A stretch of 63,481 nt of DNA, counting the filler, from Globobulimina sp. (Eukaryota), in assembly GCA_003354225.1 (NCBI GenBank). It is 18 parts of 18 records of this genome, joined end to end, with 100 filler letters (N's around TTAATTAATTAA, not from the genome) between each part and the next. Parts side by side here need not be neighbours in the genome. Positions count along the whole stretch, not along the records: positions 35,340 to 38,771 come from PIVH01002812.1; positions 38,872 to 42,302 come from PIVH01002813.1; positions 42,403 to 45,832 come from PIVH01002814.1; positions 45,933 to 49,362 come from PIVH01002815.1; 14 more parts are not named here. One strand, given 5' to 3'. Positions 35,493 through 47,534 of this stretch are shown piece by piece. Position 1 is the stretch's first letter; each line of letters begins with the position of its first letter. The translations under genes and the position numbers were made by a program. Below the pieces are notes generated by a model. It did not search any database. It saw only the letters and a program-made list of their open reading frames with translations, and had not been told where the DNA came from.

Positions 35493-38040
35493 TTATTGTG
35501 GTTTCGTCCATATTGCATCCAATTTTTGTTGTTGGCTAATTCTTCTCTTTTTTGTTGGTTGATCATTATCCTCAAATGCATTCTTATTCAAATCATTATC
35601 ATTCGCAACACTCTCTGCTGCCGACGCCGTTGCCGCTGCCGCTGCCGATGGATATTTTCTTTTTCTACTTTGCTTTTTATTTTTATTTTCATCATTATCA
35701 GAATCACACAAATCAATCACTTCACTTCCATTCACACTCAACCTCGAAATTTCACTCAGATGCGAACGAGAACGCGTAGCGGCAATATTTGGATTTGTCG
35801 GACTATCTTCAATTAATATCGCAGTCTCCTTCATATTGCTAATATTAACGTCATTACACATTATATTCACACTGCCGTTATTACTGATAATTGAAATATT
35901 ATTTATGTTATTTATATTCGACACATTATTTATTATCGTTGCGCTTGTTTTTGGTGTTGGTTTCTTGGGCTTTTTCGGCGATTTGCCTTTCTTCTCTTCC
36001 TTCTTTTTATTTTTATCTTTCTTCACTTTCAATGTTTTCTTAAATGCCTTCTTCGACGTCAATGTCTCATCGCTGTCCATACGATATCGGAACTTATAAT
36101 TGCTGCATTTCAATGCATTTGGCAGACATTCAATCACTCGCTTAATATCAGCATGGGCCAAACCAATCTTTTGTGGGCCAGATATGCCATGGCCGGACGC
36201 CTTCTTTTTGGTCGGTGACGCACTCGCAGTCGCACTATTATTCGTATTCTTGTTCTTATCCTTATCCTCATCCAACTCAATCCAATATTGCTTCAATGTG
36301 CCCCATACTTTGGACGGAGACTTGGCACATAATTTAAAATTAGGGTCATCCGAACACGTCACTTCAAACAACGGCCCACTTCCATCGCCTTTCTTGATCA
36401 CCGTCGTGAATGTCGTCGTTAAACCTGGCCGTTTCAACGACGGTAACTGTGCGATTACGCATTTATAGCCAACGGGATATATATACGACGTGGCATGGTA
36501 CCCTTTTTCCACACAGATCTCTCCCAAATTGGTGATCATTTTCACTTTGGTCAATTTAATGGGGACCTTGAAATTGCCCGCTTCGTCAAAGGATATGGTC
36601 AATTTCGTTTTGATTTTGTCGTATTTGCTTTTCTTTTTCTTTTTCTTTTTGCCCAAAATAGCAAATGCATCTTTGATATTGGTGCCATTCGGTCGGGTTT
36701 CAGTGTGGAAATAATTTTTAATGTCATTGGCGGCATCAAACGACACTTTTCCTTTGCTTTTCTTGCTTTTTTTCTTTTTCTTCTTCGGACGAACCATATC
36801 ATTCATTTCCTTGCCCAACGAAGCAGCGCCGCCGCCAAACGAGGACGGATTAAATGTTTCTTGTTCACGCAACTTGTTCGCAGCCTTAATTTTGTTGGTC
36901 ATTTTCTTGTATTTTTCCCGAATGGCTTTGCGAAAATGGTTGCAAATCGATATCAATATCGTCTCTTGCTTCTTGCCCTCGGCGATCCACTGTCTTTTCT
37001 TCACAATCATCGCCGGCGGGGTTGGCGGCGCCGGAGCTACGGCCACTTTCTCCTCGCTTTGGCCGCCATTCTCCGGATCCATGCGTACATTTTCCAGTCC
37101 ATTTTTAATCACTTTCAACTTCTGCGCCTCCAATTGCTTCTTGCTCGGTTTCTTCACCTTTTTAAAGCCTTTGTAAGTCGGCGTAAATTCGTAACTCTCC
37201 CTCGCAAACTGTCCGGGGATGTTTCCCCAGCCATACTTCAACGTTCCTTCCACCATACAATACGCCCATTTCTCCTCAAACCATTCCGGCATTGCCTTGG
37301 TCTTTTTGAACGAGGAAAAATCCAATTTCTTAATCTTCCCTTTGTTCAATGCACACAATATCTTAAATTTAAACATCCGCTCCAACTTCAACAAAATACT
37401 CACAATGTCGCCATGCGTCTTATTCTTCAACTCATCGCGCAACGATTTCACGTCAATGAACCGCGTACGCATCGAGAGCACCAATTTATGCGTATCGTGA
37501 TACTTCAATTCATGCTCAATGTACGATACCACTTCTTCTTTATGATTGGGCAACGGCGGAATGGCAAATTGCGTCTCATTCTCTTTGCTATCTGCACTCA
37601 GCACCGGTGTCAACGGATGTTTTTTCAAATACGCCTTCAACGCTTCATCGCGGATTTGTTGCCGGAAATCGTTGAAATGGCGCTTCTCGCAATAACTCTC
37701 GTGGACCAAATCCTTTTTTTTATCCACATTGTTGGCGCAATTACCGCAACATGTATCATACGCTTTGCCTGAATTCGGATTCGGAGCCTTATTATTCAAG
37801 CGTTTGCAGCCCATTTTGCACAACAAATCGCGATTTAACAACTGCTTCTTATCCACAAAGCGATTCTTTTCATCCTTGCATTTCCAGACTTGGCCAAGGG
37901 CAGCTTTCCACAGATCCGAACGTATCAAATCATTGGCATAGATCTGCTGCGCCAATGTACGCACCGCATCGCATCGAAACTGTTTCTGATAAAACAACGT
38001 CTGCGTCATTCGGCGCCGTATTCCCCAGTTTAATGGGTGA
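35493..38040 (-). CDS. Nuclear FYRN/FYRC-domain chromatin protein with Cys/His cluster and SANT/SLIDE-like segment; upstream exons uncertain
   Basis: LGEI..GYH...YIYPVGY, GPLFEV, SPSKVW, ISGPQKIGL...IECLPNA.KC.NY; K-rich NLS tracts; probable acceptor near 38041. Confidence 0.85.
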
Positions 38041-38339
38041 GCTTTGTTGATAAAAATAAATGAGGATAGTATTAGTATTAGTGGTTGGTTGGTTGGTTGG
38101 TTGCAATATTAATTCGGATATACATTCTCAACCAATTCAGACGACAGTGTCTCGTGTGTACAAAATATAAATACCGTTAAACTCAATGGCCAATTAAATT
38201 CATAAAATACAAAAAAACAAACCGTATTTGAGCTGACATGCACTCACATTTCGGAGTCGCTAAAGCTTAAAGTTTTTGGCATTCGTCAAACATAAAACTT
38301 AACATTGCGGAATATAGCTAGCTCGTAAGCATGACAAAC

Positions 38340-38670
38340 AAAAGCAAATCAATTTGATACATTCATAATATGTACAACCATTTGAATATGATTAATATGT
38401 ATAAATCAATTTGATGTATAATATAACAAAAATATATACAACAATAATGAAAATGCAGATAACCATTAAAAATATATATGAATAATATGTTTTATAATTC
38501 ACATCATGTATGTATAAAATAATTAAATGAGACAATAATGAAAATGCAGATAAATATTAAAAATATGTATAAAAATAAATGAGATTCATTCCAAAAGTCA
38601 ATTTGATATTTTCATAACATGTACAAGCAATAAATATAACAATAATGAAATTAAAATCCAGATAAGATAA
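38340..38670. repeat. Degenerate AT-rich direct repeats (ACAATAATGAAAATGCAGATAA; TCAATTTGAT)
   Basis: Copies near 38441, 38532 and 38639, and near 38349, 38406 and 38598. Confidence 0.65.
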
Positions 38671-38893
38671 AATGAATTAAACGCTATAATTATCGAGGAA
38701 GCCCCAGCCGAATTAAAAACCGGTCAGGCACTGAGTTGTAAAGAAAAGAAAAAGGCATGACCCAAACTTCTNNNNNNNNNNNNNNNNNNNNNNNNNNNNN
38801 NNNNNNNNNNNNNNNTTAATTAATTAANNNNNNNNNNNNNNNNNNNNNNNNNNNNNNNNNNNNNNNNNNNNTATACTGTACATAAGTAATTAT

Positions 38894-39694
38894 ATGTTTT
38901 CATCCTTGCACACTGCACACAGAATATTGAATGAGTTGGGCCGCAATGCCGCAGGTTATAAGATCATAGCGTTGCCCTTATACATCTTGATAATTTGCAT
39001 AGTGTCCGCTGCCATATTAGGCATGTTAATGTGCGCCGGCTTTGTGTATTGTGGCTTGCATTGTTGCTGTCCTTTGCCGCCCCAATCACCCATTTTGACC
39101 TCGCAACAACGGTCTCGCGCACTGGAAATGACGCGAGCTTTACAAGCGTTGACTTTGGGCGGTGGGCATAAGCATTCTGACAGCGATTACGGTGTCTACC
39201 ACCGAATGAGGAACGCGTTGCATAATGCCACTACGGATGAGGCGTCGAGTATGCTCTCCAATGATGAATATGTCGACTCTGAGGATGACAATGATTGTAA
39301 GGATAATGTGGTGACCCGAGGCGATATTGACGAGTATGATGACTATGACTATAATGATGAGAGGAAACAGCAAGAGATTGAGTCATTTGCATTGATTGGG
39401 ACATGTGATAGCGATATTGACCATGACTCGGATGATGAGATGATACGGGAATTGGGAGATTTGATTGAAACGCGACTTTTAAAGGAGCGGAGTTTGGGGG
39501 AGGATCATGATGTGAATGTGAATGAGGATATGGATGGTACGTATATGGACCGAATGGTTACTATTGAGAATGAGGAGGAGGAGGAGGAAGAGAGTGGGGA
39601 TGAGCCAGAAGTGGATGAGACAGAAAATGAAGGCGCTGCGTTGATCATTGATAGTGGGAATAATTCTGGTTCGAAAAGTAGTAATTTACCATAA
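38894..39694 (+). CDS. 3' part of a single-pass membrane protein with Cys-rich juxtamembrane region and acidic tail
   Basis: TM helix followed by CCCP and a D/E-rich C-terminus; probably the terminal exon. Confidence 0.7.
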   Translation: MFSSLHTAHRILNELGRNAAGYKIIALPLYILIICIVSAAILGMLMCAGFVYCGLHCCCPLPPQSPILTSQQRSRALEMTRALQALTLGGGHKHSDSDYGVYHRMRNALHNATTDEASSMLSNDEYVDSEDDNDCKDNVVTRGDIDEYDDYDYNDERKQQEIESFALIGTCDSDIDHDSDDEMIRELGDLIETRLLKERSLGEDHDVNVNEDMDGTYMDRMVTIENEEEEEEESGDEPEVDETENEGAALIIDSGNNSGSKSSNLP

Positions 39695-39843
39695 ACAATG
39701 ATTATTTTTTTTATATTTTTTAAGGGTTGATTATAAAATGGATTTTGCTCTCGTAACTGTTTGTTTTGTGTAAAAAAAGTATTATTGTGCAATTTTTTAT
39801 AAAGTAAGAGTTCTAAACGAGATGGTGTAACATTTAGTAATAT

Positions 39844-41256
39844 TTAGCTTTGTTTGGTTTTTGGTTTGTAATGAATTGCAACATATTTTCTTCTCAACCA
39901 AATAAATGGATATTCCCAGATATAATGCATAATCACAGAAATTACAAATGTAATTCCAACCACTTTGCCCAACAAAGACAGAAAATGTATAAAACCAATG
40001 CTGTCCCCCATACTGATTGATTTTCGAAATGCATCATTGAATGTTAACACAGCGATAGAAATTGTATGAAACATATACATTCCATAAGTAAATTTCGACA
40101 CAAATCTTGTAAATATATTATTTAACATCAAATGCATAATATTTGCTTCATTAATGCTTAGCAATGCATGCATTGCAAAATAAGCGCATAAACTTAGAGT
40201 TTTCAAATACAGAGCATTCAATATATCGTTTAAAGTATCACCAAACAACGAGCTATGATCATGATCATAACCACGAGAAAGCATCCAACATAAAACCATT
40301 CCAAACACAGAATAGAACATAGAGCTTTTTTGCTTTTGCTGCTGCTGTTTTCTCAATAATTGTAAACACAAAATAGATCCCAATAAACCAGAACCAATAC
40401 GACAATATGTGGCAAAATATAATGTTGGGAAATATAATTCATTCATATATTTGCGTGATAATAAAACAGCATTGCTTGGATTATCCGGATCATACACACT
40501 TTTTTCAATATATATATATGGATCTGTAATATCATTATTTTCATCCATTCCCATCATTTGTCGTAACAATGTTGGTGGAACCCCTTCAATTCCAGTATAG
40601 AATGAAAATGGTTTATCCTGCATTTCTAATCTTAAATCATTACGAATTGGTAGCAAACGCACAAAATATAAGTATAATGATAGAGCACAAGAAAGGACAA
40701 ATAAAAGTTTCAAAATATTTATCATTTTAGTTTTATTTCCTTTATAAATATAAAATAATACCACCAATAATAAATAAGTTTGCATGTCCAAACTTAGCGA
40801 CCATCCAACTCCGGAACAGCGTGTTTCGTACAATGAACTATAGAAATTATCAATGAATAATAATGCTTTTATTACATGATACCGATTGGAACAATGATCG
40901 ATGCCGTCCTCAGCTATGAGTGGATTGTTGTATGTCATAAAAATTGTTATAATAAAGAGAGGATATAATCGCAATAAACGATTTAACAAAAAACAAAAAT
41001 ATTGAGAAATTGTAGCATTTGGAATTTGAGATAATTGATAACAACATAAAAATCCGGATAAGAGCCAAAATAATTCTAATCCTATGGATGATTTGATTAT
41101 TACGTGTATAATTGGCATATTTTGCAATGATAAATAATTTGAATCACTTGATGGAAGCACCCATGAATAACCAAAGGACCATTGATGAAGAATAATTATG
41201 TGCAGGCACGATAATATTCGAATTCCACTAAAAATTCCAAGATTTAACTTTGCCAT
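39844..41256 (-). CDS. Acyltransferase-3 (NRF-6/OafA-like) multi-pass O-acyltransferase
   Basis: GIRILSCLHIIILH, ELFWLLSGFL, RLLRLYP, WSLSLDMQ.Y, SKFTYGMYMFH, EYPF. Confidence 0.92.
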   Translation of the reverse strand: MAKLNLGIFSGIRILSCLHIIILHQWSFGYSWVLPSSDSNYLSLQNMPIIHVIIKSSIGLELFWLLSGFLCCYQLSQIPNATISQYFCFLLNRLLRLYPLFIITIFMTYNNPLIAEDGIDHCSNRYHVIKALLFIDNFYSSLYETRCSGVGWSLSLDMQTYLLLVVLFYIYKGNKTKMINILKLLFVLSCALSLYLYFVRLLPIRNDLRLEMQDKPFSFYTGIEGVPPTLLRQMMGMDENNDITDPYIYIEKSVYDPDNPSNAVLLSRKYMNELYFPTLYFATYCRIGSGLLGSILCLQLLRKQQQQKQKSSMFYSVFGMVLCWMLSRGYDHDHSSLFGDTLNDILNALYLKTLSLCAYFAMHALLSINEANIMHLMLNNIFTRFVSKFTYGMYMFHTISIAVLTFNDAFRKSISMGDSIGFIHFLSLLGKVVGITFVISVIMHYIWEYPFIWLRRKYVAIHYKPKTKQS

Positions 41257-41326
41257 TACTGTTATTTTTCAAACCATAAAAACAGCCTTTTCAGAATCTG
41301 CAAACCAGTGGAGACAGTCAGCAACA

Positions 41327-42232
41327 ATGGCGCTCTCAGAGGTAGCATGTTTAGCTGCAAAACAAGTATTATTACCAGATATGACCCGTGGTTTTAAATA
41401 TGCACGCTGGAAATCTCAAAAACCAATCAATGCGTTGAAACAAAAAGGTTTAACTGTCTCTAAAATCCAGAAAGAGTTAAAATCGATTCACAATGTCTCG
41501 TCAGCAGCATACCGTAACCATGCAATAGTTTGCAGTTCGTGTTCATTCCAACTCGGTGCTAGTTTCTGTTTGGGTTTGTCCCTATCATCATTTGTTATAT
41601 TTATCACTGCCTTAATAATCTGTGGCTCATTGGACCAGATTCGAAGCACATTAAATGAGTCTGATATGGTTTCTAAATTAATAATTGATGCCATTACGGT
41701 TCATAATGTAATGATAATTTGTGCAGTCTGCAGTGTTATTACTGTGTTATGTGGCTTTATTGGCACATATATTATGCATAGATCATATCAAAATTGTTTC
41801 AATCAATATATTGAAGCAATATTATCAGTTCATGAGCATATTCATGATCGATTATCCACAAAATACGAAAAACAGGGAATTATTTGGAAACTGTTTGTTC
41901 ATTATAAAGATAGGAAACGTATAAATATATTTGGCGCAAAGCATGATATCACGTATTATGGCATTATCATTCAAGTGATAAATGATATTGATTCGAGCGG
42001 TAAGGATGATGAGAATAAATATTATAATGTATATAATGTGTATAATGCTGGTGATACATCGGATGAATATGCCACAACATCCGGCGATGAGATGGATGAT
42101 AAATTAAATGATATTCAATATGATGCGACGTTAAGTCTCAGTAAAATGACACAATCAAATTCTCGTTTAATAATGTTTAACAATGATGATCTCGTTCCTT
42201 TTATTGGAACAAATATTAAATTAACCAACTAA
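41327..42232 (+). CDS. Two-TM hypothetical membrane protein
   Basis: ATG at 41327 (MALSEV); two hydrophobic helices; acidic tail. Confidence 0.7.
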   Translation: MALSEVACLAAKQVLLPDMTRGFKYARWKSQKPINALKQKGLTVSKIQKELKSIHNVSSAAYRNHAIVCSSCSFQLGASFCLGLSLSSFVIFITALIICGSLDQIRSTLNESDMVSKLIIDAITVHNVMIICAVCSVITVLCGFIGTYIMHRSYQNCFNQYIEAILSVHEHIHDRLSTKYEKQGIIWKLFVHYKDRKRINIFGAKHDITYYGIIIQVINDIDSSGKDDENKYYNVYNVYNAGDTSDEYATTSGDEMDDKLNDIQYDATLSLSKMTQSNSRLIMFNNDDLVPFIGTNIKLTN

Positions 42233-42596
42233 CTGTATTATTTATTTATTTATTTTTTTATTATTATTCATTTTTTTTTCTTTTTTTTTATTTATTCTTT
42301 ATNNNNNNNNNNNNNNNNNNNNNNNNNNNNNNNNNNNNNNNNNNNNTTAATTAATTAANNNNNNNNNNNNNNNNNNNNNNNNNNNNNNNNNNNNNNNNNN
42401 NNTGCTCATTCTCTAGTACTAGGTACTCAAAAACACTACACTAGGTACTATTAATATTTTAATTATAACGTCAAATATGTTTACCATCGCTTTTATACAA
42501 ATGTAATATTTTATAATTACACAAATCAAATTTTATAATTACACAAATTATATACAAAAAGAAGGGTGAAACTGTCAACATTTACAACATAGTCAT

Positions 42597-43523
42597 CTAA
42601 ATATCGTAATATTTGGTGTCTATTTCTTTGACTTTAGTCCAACAAAAGCAAGAAGGACATGGTTTATTTAATTTATTGTAACCGAAAATTTCACCTAATT
42701 TTCCAATCCCATTTTTATTCTCATCGACTGAATATTTATCCATTCCCAAATCGGATTTCATTCTTTCGGATCCTCCCGGCATAAGATTTAAATATTTAAT
42801 GTTTGGATCAGCAATGCATCTCTTTAAATCTCTTATTTTTGCATCAAAGAGCAACATTTTCTTTTTTGCCGCTCCAACGCTGTACCAACCGGACGCAATG
42901 TACGCATTATTTATAATCAAATTATATGAAAAGGCAACCAATTTATTGTTGAAATAGTATTCTTCAATGTTACCAATAGTAAAAAATAACCACACACATC
43001 TTAAAAACGTCTCCAATTTGTGAGTCTTATTCAACCGTTGATGTTCAATCAACACTCTAAAATGCTCTCTTTTTAAATAATTGCATGATACCATTTTAAC
43101 TTTTAAATTTTCCGTTTTTCGTAGTTCATTGATTTTGGCTGGTATTTTTTTTATTTTACTGCGGCTTTTTCCTTTGACAGTTTTCAGTAATTCAGTGAAT
43201 GACTGGTGAGACGACACTTCTTTAGCAAATGTAGGATGCTTCGACATTGCAGCTGCCGATGCATGAAATAGATAATAGAATTCTTGCGGTATTAATAACC
43301 AACGAAAAGGATATAGTACGAACCGCATAACATTCAAATATTTCATGGAGTTGCATAATAATATTATGTGAGATACAAATGTAATAAATACATAATACCA
43401 TTTCACATCATATGCACTTGCAATGAATGATGGTAATAAAAGTATTATGAACAGCGCCAAAAGCTTTGTTAAACGCATAACGCAAACAAATGTTGTTCGA
43501 AACTTACTTGAATACATCATCAT
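42597..43523 (-). CDS. Membrane-anchored GNAT-fold protein (Acetyltransf_6/FemAB-like)
   Basis: N-terminal TMs; ELLK..K.KSR.KIK, YFNNKLVAF, YLNLMPGG..MK..LG. Confidence 0.6.
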   Translation of the reverse strand: MMMYSSKFRTTFVCVMRLTKLLALFIILLLPSFIASAYDVKWYYVFITFVSHIILLCNSMKYLNVMRFVLYPFRWLLIPQEFYYLFHASAAAMSKHPTFAKEVSSHQSFTELLKTVKGKSRSKIKKIPAKINELRKTENLKVKMVSCNYLKREHFRVLIEHQRLNKTHKLETFLRCVWLFFTIGNIEEYYFNNKLVAFSYNLIINNAYIASGWYSVGAAKKKMLLFDAKIRDLKRCIADPNIKYLNLMPGGSERMKSDLGMDKYSVDENKNGIGKLGEIFGYNKLNKPCPSCFCWTKVKEIDTKYYDI

Positions 43524-43677
43524 TTTATTAATTTTTTTTTTGTTTATACAAATGATAATTATTGTATCGGAATTTTATAAATATAGAAAAATTGGCAATT
43601 ATTGAATGATCATAATTGTTATCTGCATAATTCACTAAAAAGAAAGTTTAAATTTGGGCTCGATGTTAAAAATTAAT

Positions 43678-44964
43678 CTAAATACCATATATAATTTTGA
43701 GAGTATATTTTTTGAGTGGATTGCTCCATTTTTTTACACTTCCGCCTTTTCCAAAGAGTGTTTTCAATGCTTTCAGCTCGTTTCTATATTTTTTCCGACT
43801 TTTCTGCAATTTCGAGCAATACATTTTATGTTCACTCCAATCACATTTTTGACAATGTTCGTTGCAATATCTTGCAGTTCGACACGCTTTACATTTATAC
43901 AATTTTCCATTACAAATATCTTTTCTTCTAACATTACATAATTGATATTGACACTGCACATCATTCCTTTTCAAATCATACACATCTTTACCAAATAACA
44001 CATATTTCTCATGCAACAATTCCAAATTCTTTGCTTTTCCCAATGAAATAAATGCAGCTGCAACTTGAAACCCATCCAAATCAAAATTATTATACGAAAC
44101 ACTATTTTGTGTTTTTTTTATATTCTCAAACCAATCCAAAACGGACATATTTTTAATTTCCATAATTGTTAACCAGTGATATTCATCGATGTAATATAAA
44201 CCAAACGCAATTAATATGAAAAAACAATACATACACTCAACTCCGGCCGGATAATTCCCAAATAAACCATATTCTAATTGTTTTTGTACGAAATGTAACC
44301 ATTCACAAAAATATTCCCCATGAAATACAATGCTTTGCCAATGATGTTTCTTCAAAAACTTAATATTTCTGATTACCTGCAATAAAACAGATATTAGCGA
44401 ACGATAAGTTACATTTGTTGTAATATTTGCTACGCGTGAATCGAACTTATTTTTCAATCTCGATTGTTTCTCTATTTCTAATTTACATCGACCGTTTATA
44501 CACAGAATAAGCGCATTCTGATACATCAAAAATGTTTTCCATAAACCGCTATGATTAAATATGTAATTTGCTGTTGGTGGACATTGCAAACAACTTACAA
44601 AATAATTACACGCTCGTTGTGTATCATCATCATAGCCTGCTTTTGATGTAAATGGAATATAAAATAAATCTTTAATATTTGTAGCAATATTTAAACTGCA
44701 TTGCTTGCAACAGCCTTCTCCAATGAATGCATGAATTTTATCATTAATTCTTTTTTCCGAAATCTCATCGATTTTCCCTTTTTTGCTGTTGAATAAATTT
44801 TGAAGGTGCTGAAAAAATTTACACACTGATCCAAATTTACGATGTGCACATATTTTGTCCATATCAATCATTCTTGATCGTTCCAATTGATATCCACCAC
44901 TGAAAAACATTTTGGTTCTATCACCTACTTTTTCCAAGACAATATCATTGCTTGCACAAAACAT
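43678..44964 (-). CDS. MYND zinc-finger protein
   Basis: C-terminal CQYQLC...CKACRTARYCNEHCQKCDWSEHKMYC. Confidence 0.9.
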   Translation of the reverse strand: MFCASNDIVLEKVGDRTKMFFSGGYQLERSRMIDMDKICAHRKFGSVCKFFQHLQNLFNSKKGKIDEISEKRINDKIHAFIGEGCCKQCSLNIATNIKDLFYIPFTSKAGYDDDTQRACNYFVSCLQCPPTANYIFNHSGLWKTFLMYQNALILCINGRCKLEIEKQSRLKNKFDSRVANITTNVTYRSLISVLLQVIRNIKFLKKHHWQSIVFHGEYFCEWLHFVQKQLEYGLFGNYPAGVECMYCFFILIAFGLYYIDEYHWLTIMEIKNMSVLDWFENIKKTQNSVSYNNFDLDGFQVAAAFISLGKAKNLELLHEKYVLFGKDVYDLKRNDVQCQYQLCNVRRKDICNGKLYKCKACRTARYCNEHCQKCDWSEHKMYCSKLQKSRKKYRNELKALKTLFGKGGSVKKWSNPLKKYTLKIIYGI

Positions 44965-45224
44965 CTAGAGCTGGGAACGTGATCACTGATCGGGTGAACT
45001 AACGGTAACTTGTCGAGTGTTTTTTGTTAGAAAATCAGAATACTAATTTGCAGACTTGCTTCGTGGAAGGTCACAGAGAACGTGATTGATGCAACACTAT
45101 CAATTCAAGTGTATACAGCAACAATAGAAAACATAGCAATTACAAATCAATGAACCAGAAACGAAAAAAAAACACAGACATAATATAATTATCCTTGCAC
45201 TCAGTTTATAATATACTTTTACTA

Positions 45225-45832
45225 TCATTCATCATCCACAGCAGCAGACATCCTCGAAAATAATTTAATTTTCTCACTGGCGGGAAGATTGGCCACCTCA
45301 TCATCCATGATAATGGCATGCGGCTCTTCCTGTTGCTTCATAAATTTTGAATACTCCTTCGTCGATACCCTCCGCGGTGCACGCGGCTGTATAGCAACAG
45401 CAGCGGGATGGAACGTAAACTGTTCTATATATTGCACCCCATTATTATCATAGGGCCGATACTCCGCATCGCCATCCTCATCTTTTCCAGAATGATGCTG
45501 TTTAGTCCATTCCTTCCGTTCCATGGTATTCCTCCTTTTAATAGTGGCTGCTTCATCGAACATATTCAGTCTACGCCCAAAGGACTGTCCGCCGGTAATA
45601 TGTACGCCCGGTTTCTTAATATGCGTTGACAAATAATCCATGTCATTGTATTCTTTTTTTATTAATTCTGGTTCTGGTTCAGTTTCCATTTCATTTCCAT
45701 ATGTTTCTGTCTCTTCAACTCCGATGGAATAATTATTTACAAACTCATTATTCTCCGCCTTATCGTATTTTAACTCTGCTGCGGGAATGTAATTATTTTG
45801 CGTGTCTTGGTAGGTATCGGAGATGGCACTCT
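45225..45832 (-). CDS. Hydrophilic hypothetical protein, 5' truncated
   Basis: Frame stays open from the contig edge to the stop at 45225. Confidence 0.6.
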
Positions 45833-45932
45833 NNNNNNNNNNNNNNNNNNNNNNNNNNNNNNNNNNNNNNNNNNNNTTAATTAATTAANNNNNNNNNNNN
45901 NNNNNNNNNNNNNNNNNNNNNNNNNNNNNNNN

Positions 45933-47092
45933 TTTTATTTATTTATGATGATTATCAATACAAATACAGATATTTGTATCAATTATCACAATCCGAAAAT
46001 GATCGGGTAAATGTGTGGTATGCCCGAATTCCAGAAAATAAATGTTTAAAAATTACATTTTTTACAATAATATTCATATTTTTAATATTTAATTTTATTT
46101 ATATTCCTGTCATTATGCTATTTTATTCAGTCTCATCATTGCGTGTCCACGATGGCCAATGGGTTTTGCCGCAAATGTATGATATTCAGCAAGATTTAAG
46201 CTATTTAATTATTTATCCTATTTTGAATGATAAATATATTCAAAAACTGACGAAATTATGCAATTTAAATTTGGAACAGATCCTTTACCATATACTGAAT
46301 AGCAAAGTTGCTGAAATGCTTGGCAATAAAAGTGAGGTTACAGACGAGTTTAAAAAATGTATTTGCGGAAATCCAAGCAATATTTTTAAAGATTGTCAGC
46401 ATTCCTTCGAGTTTAAACAATTTTGTTTCAATCATTATGACGCATTTTGTGATAGAAATAATTCGCGTGTTGCTAAACCGTTTTATTTTGTAACAATGTG
46501 GGATGAAAATATTGGTGTTTTGATATTGTATTTGAGTGCCATTGGATGGAGATATTTTTATTTTAATTATAATGCCAATGTTCTCAGCATATTTGTTAGC
46601 ATTTTAATTGATTTTATTGTTGTAATGTTTATTATGTATCAAAGCTATGTATATTACAAGTATTATAATACATTTTTTGACAAAAAAACAAATGGAATTA
46701 AATTTTGGATGAATAGAAAGTTATTAGTTGATATATATCGATTTGGTGTGCAACAGTCACAGCAAACATCTTCACAATTATTATATTGTATTATCGATGC
46801 TTCGATGGATTTTATTATTAAATATTTAAATGACAGGATATGTTATGAAATGATACAATTATTTCTTATTAAACAGCATGATATCAACTATCAAATACCA
46901 TTGTATATTGTTCACATAATTATTGAATATATGTCTACGGATTTCGAGTTTAAAAACCATGGAAAATGTAAACAAGAATGCAATAATGATACTCGTCATT
47001 TACATGTATTGAATGTTGTTGAAGATCAAATACAAAAATGTATATTGAGTCCAGCTAAACAATATTGTGAAATATATACAGACTCTTTGTGA
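45933..47092 (+). CDS. Hypothetical membrane protein, 5' truncated
   Basis: 372+ aa ORF with about 3 hydrophobic segments. Confidence 0.65.
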
Positions 47093-47257
47093 GCTTTGCT
47101 GGATTTCAAATCACACACAATTATTAAAAATCACATCGTGCCCTTTGGCGTTTCCCATTTTTGGGTCGATAGATTTGTTTTGTCTTGTTTTGTCTTGTTT
47201 TGTTTTGTCTCTATCTTTTTTAATGGTAAAACGACGAAAACAAAACAAAACACAAAT

Positions 47258-47325
47258 TTTAGAACATTTTCAGAAACACTTTTAGATCATTTTCAGAAAC
47301 GTTTTTAGAATATTTTCAGAAACGT
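47258..47325. repeat. Three tandem copies of a 22-23 bp unit (TTTAGAnnATTTTCAGAAAC), preceded by a (TTGTT)n/(AACAA)n imperfect hairpin at 47174-47256
   Basis: Direct reading of the sequence. Confidence 0.8.
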
Positions 47326-47534
47326 TCATCTCAGTTACTCAAAAACCTCTAGATCTCAAAATTTCAAACAGAACAAAAAAGCCTCTTGCATCCTGTGTTT
47401 CTTGCCACCGGGTTTCCTTCTCACCTCGATGTTTCTTGCCTCTGGGGTCTATCGACCCGCAATGCTACTGTGTTGCCCCCTCTATGTATGTTTTATTTGG
47501 ATTGTGTTAACAGTTCGTCAGTTACTATTAATAG

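Noticed and set aside
36495-37772. 425-aa + strand ORF
   Set aside because: Antisense shadow of the FYR gene with F/L-rich composition and no recognisable motifs.
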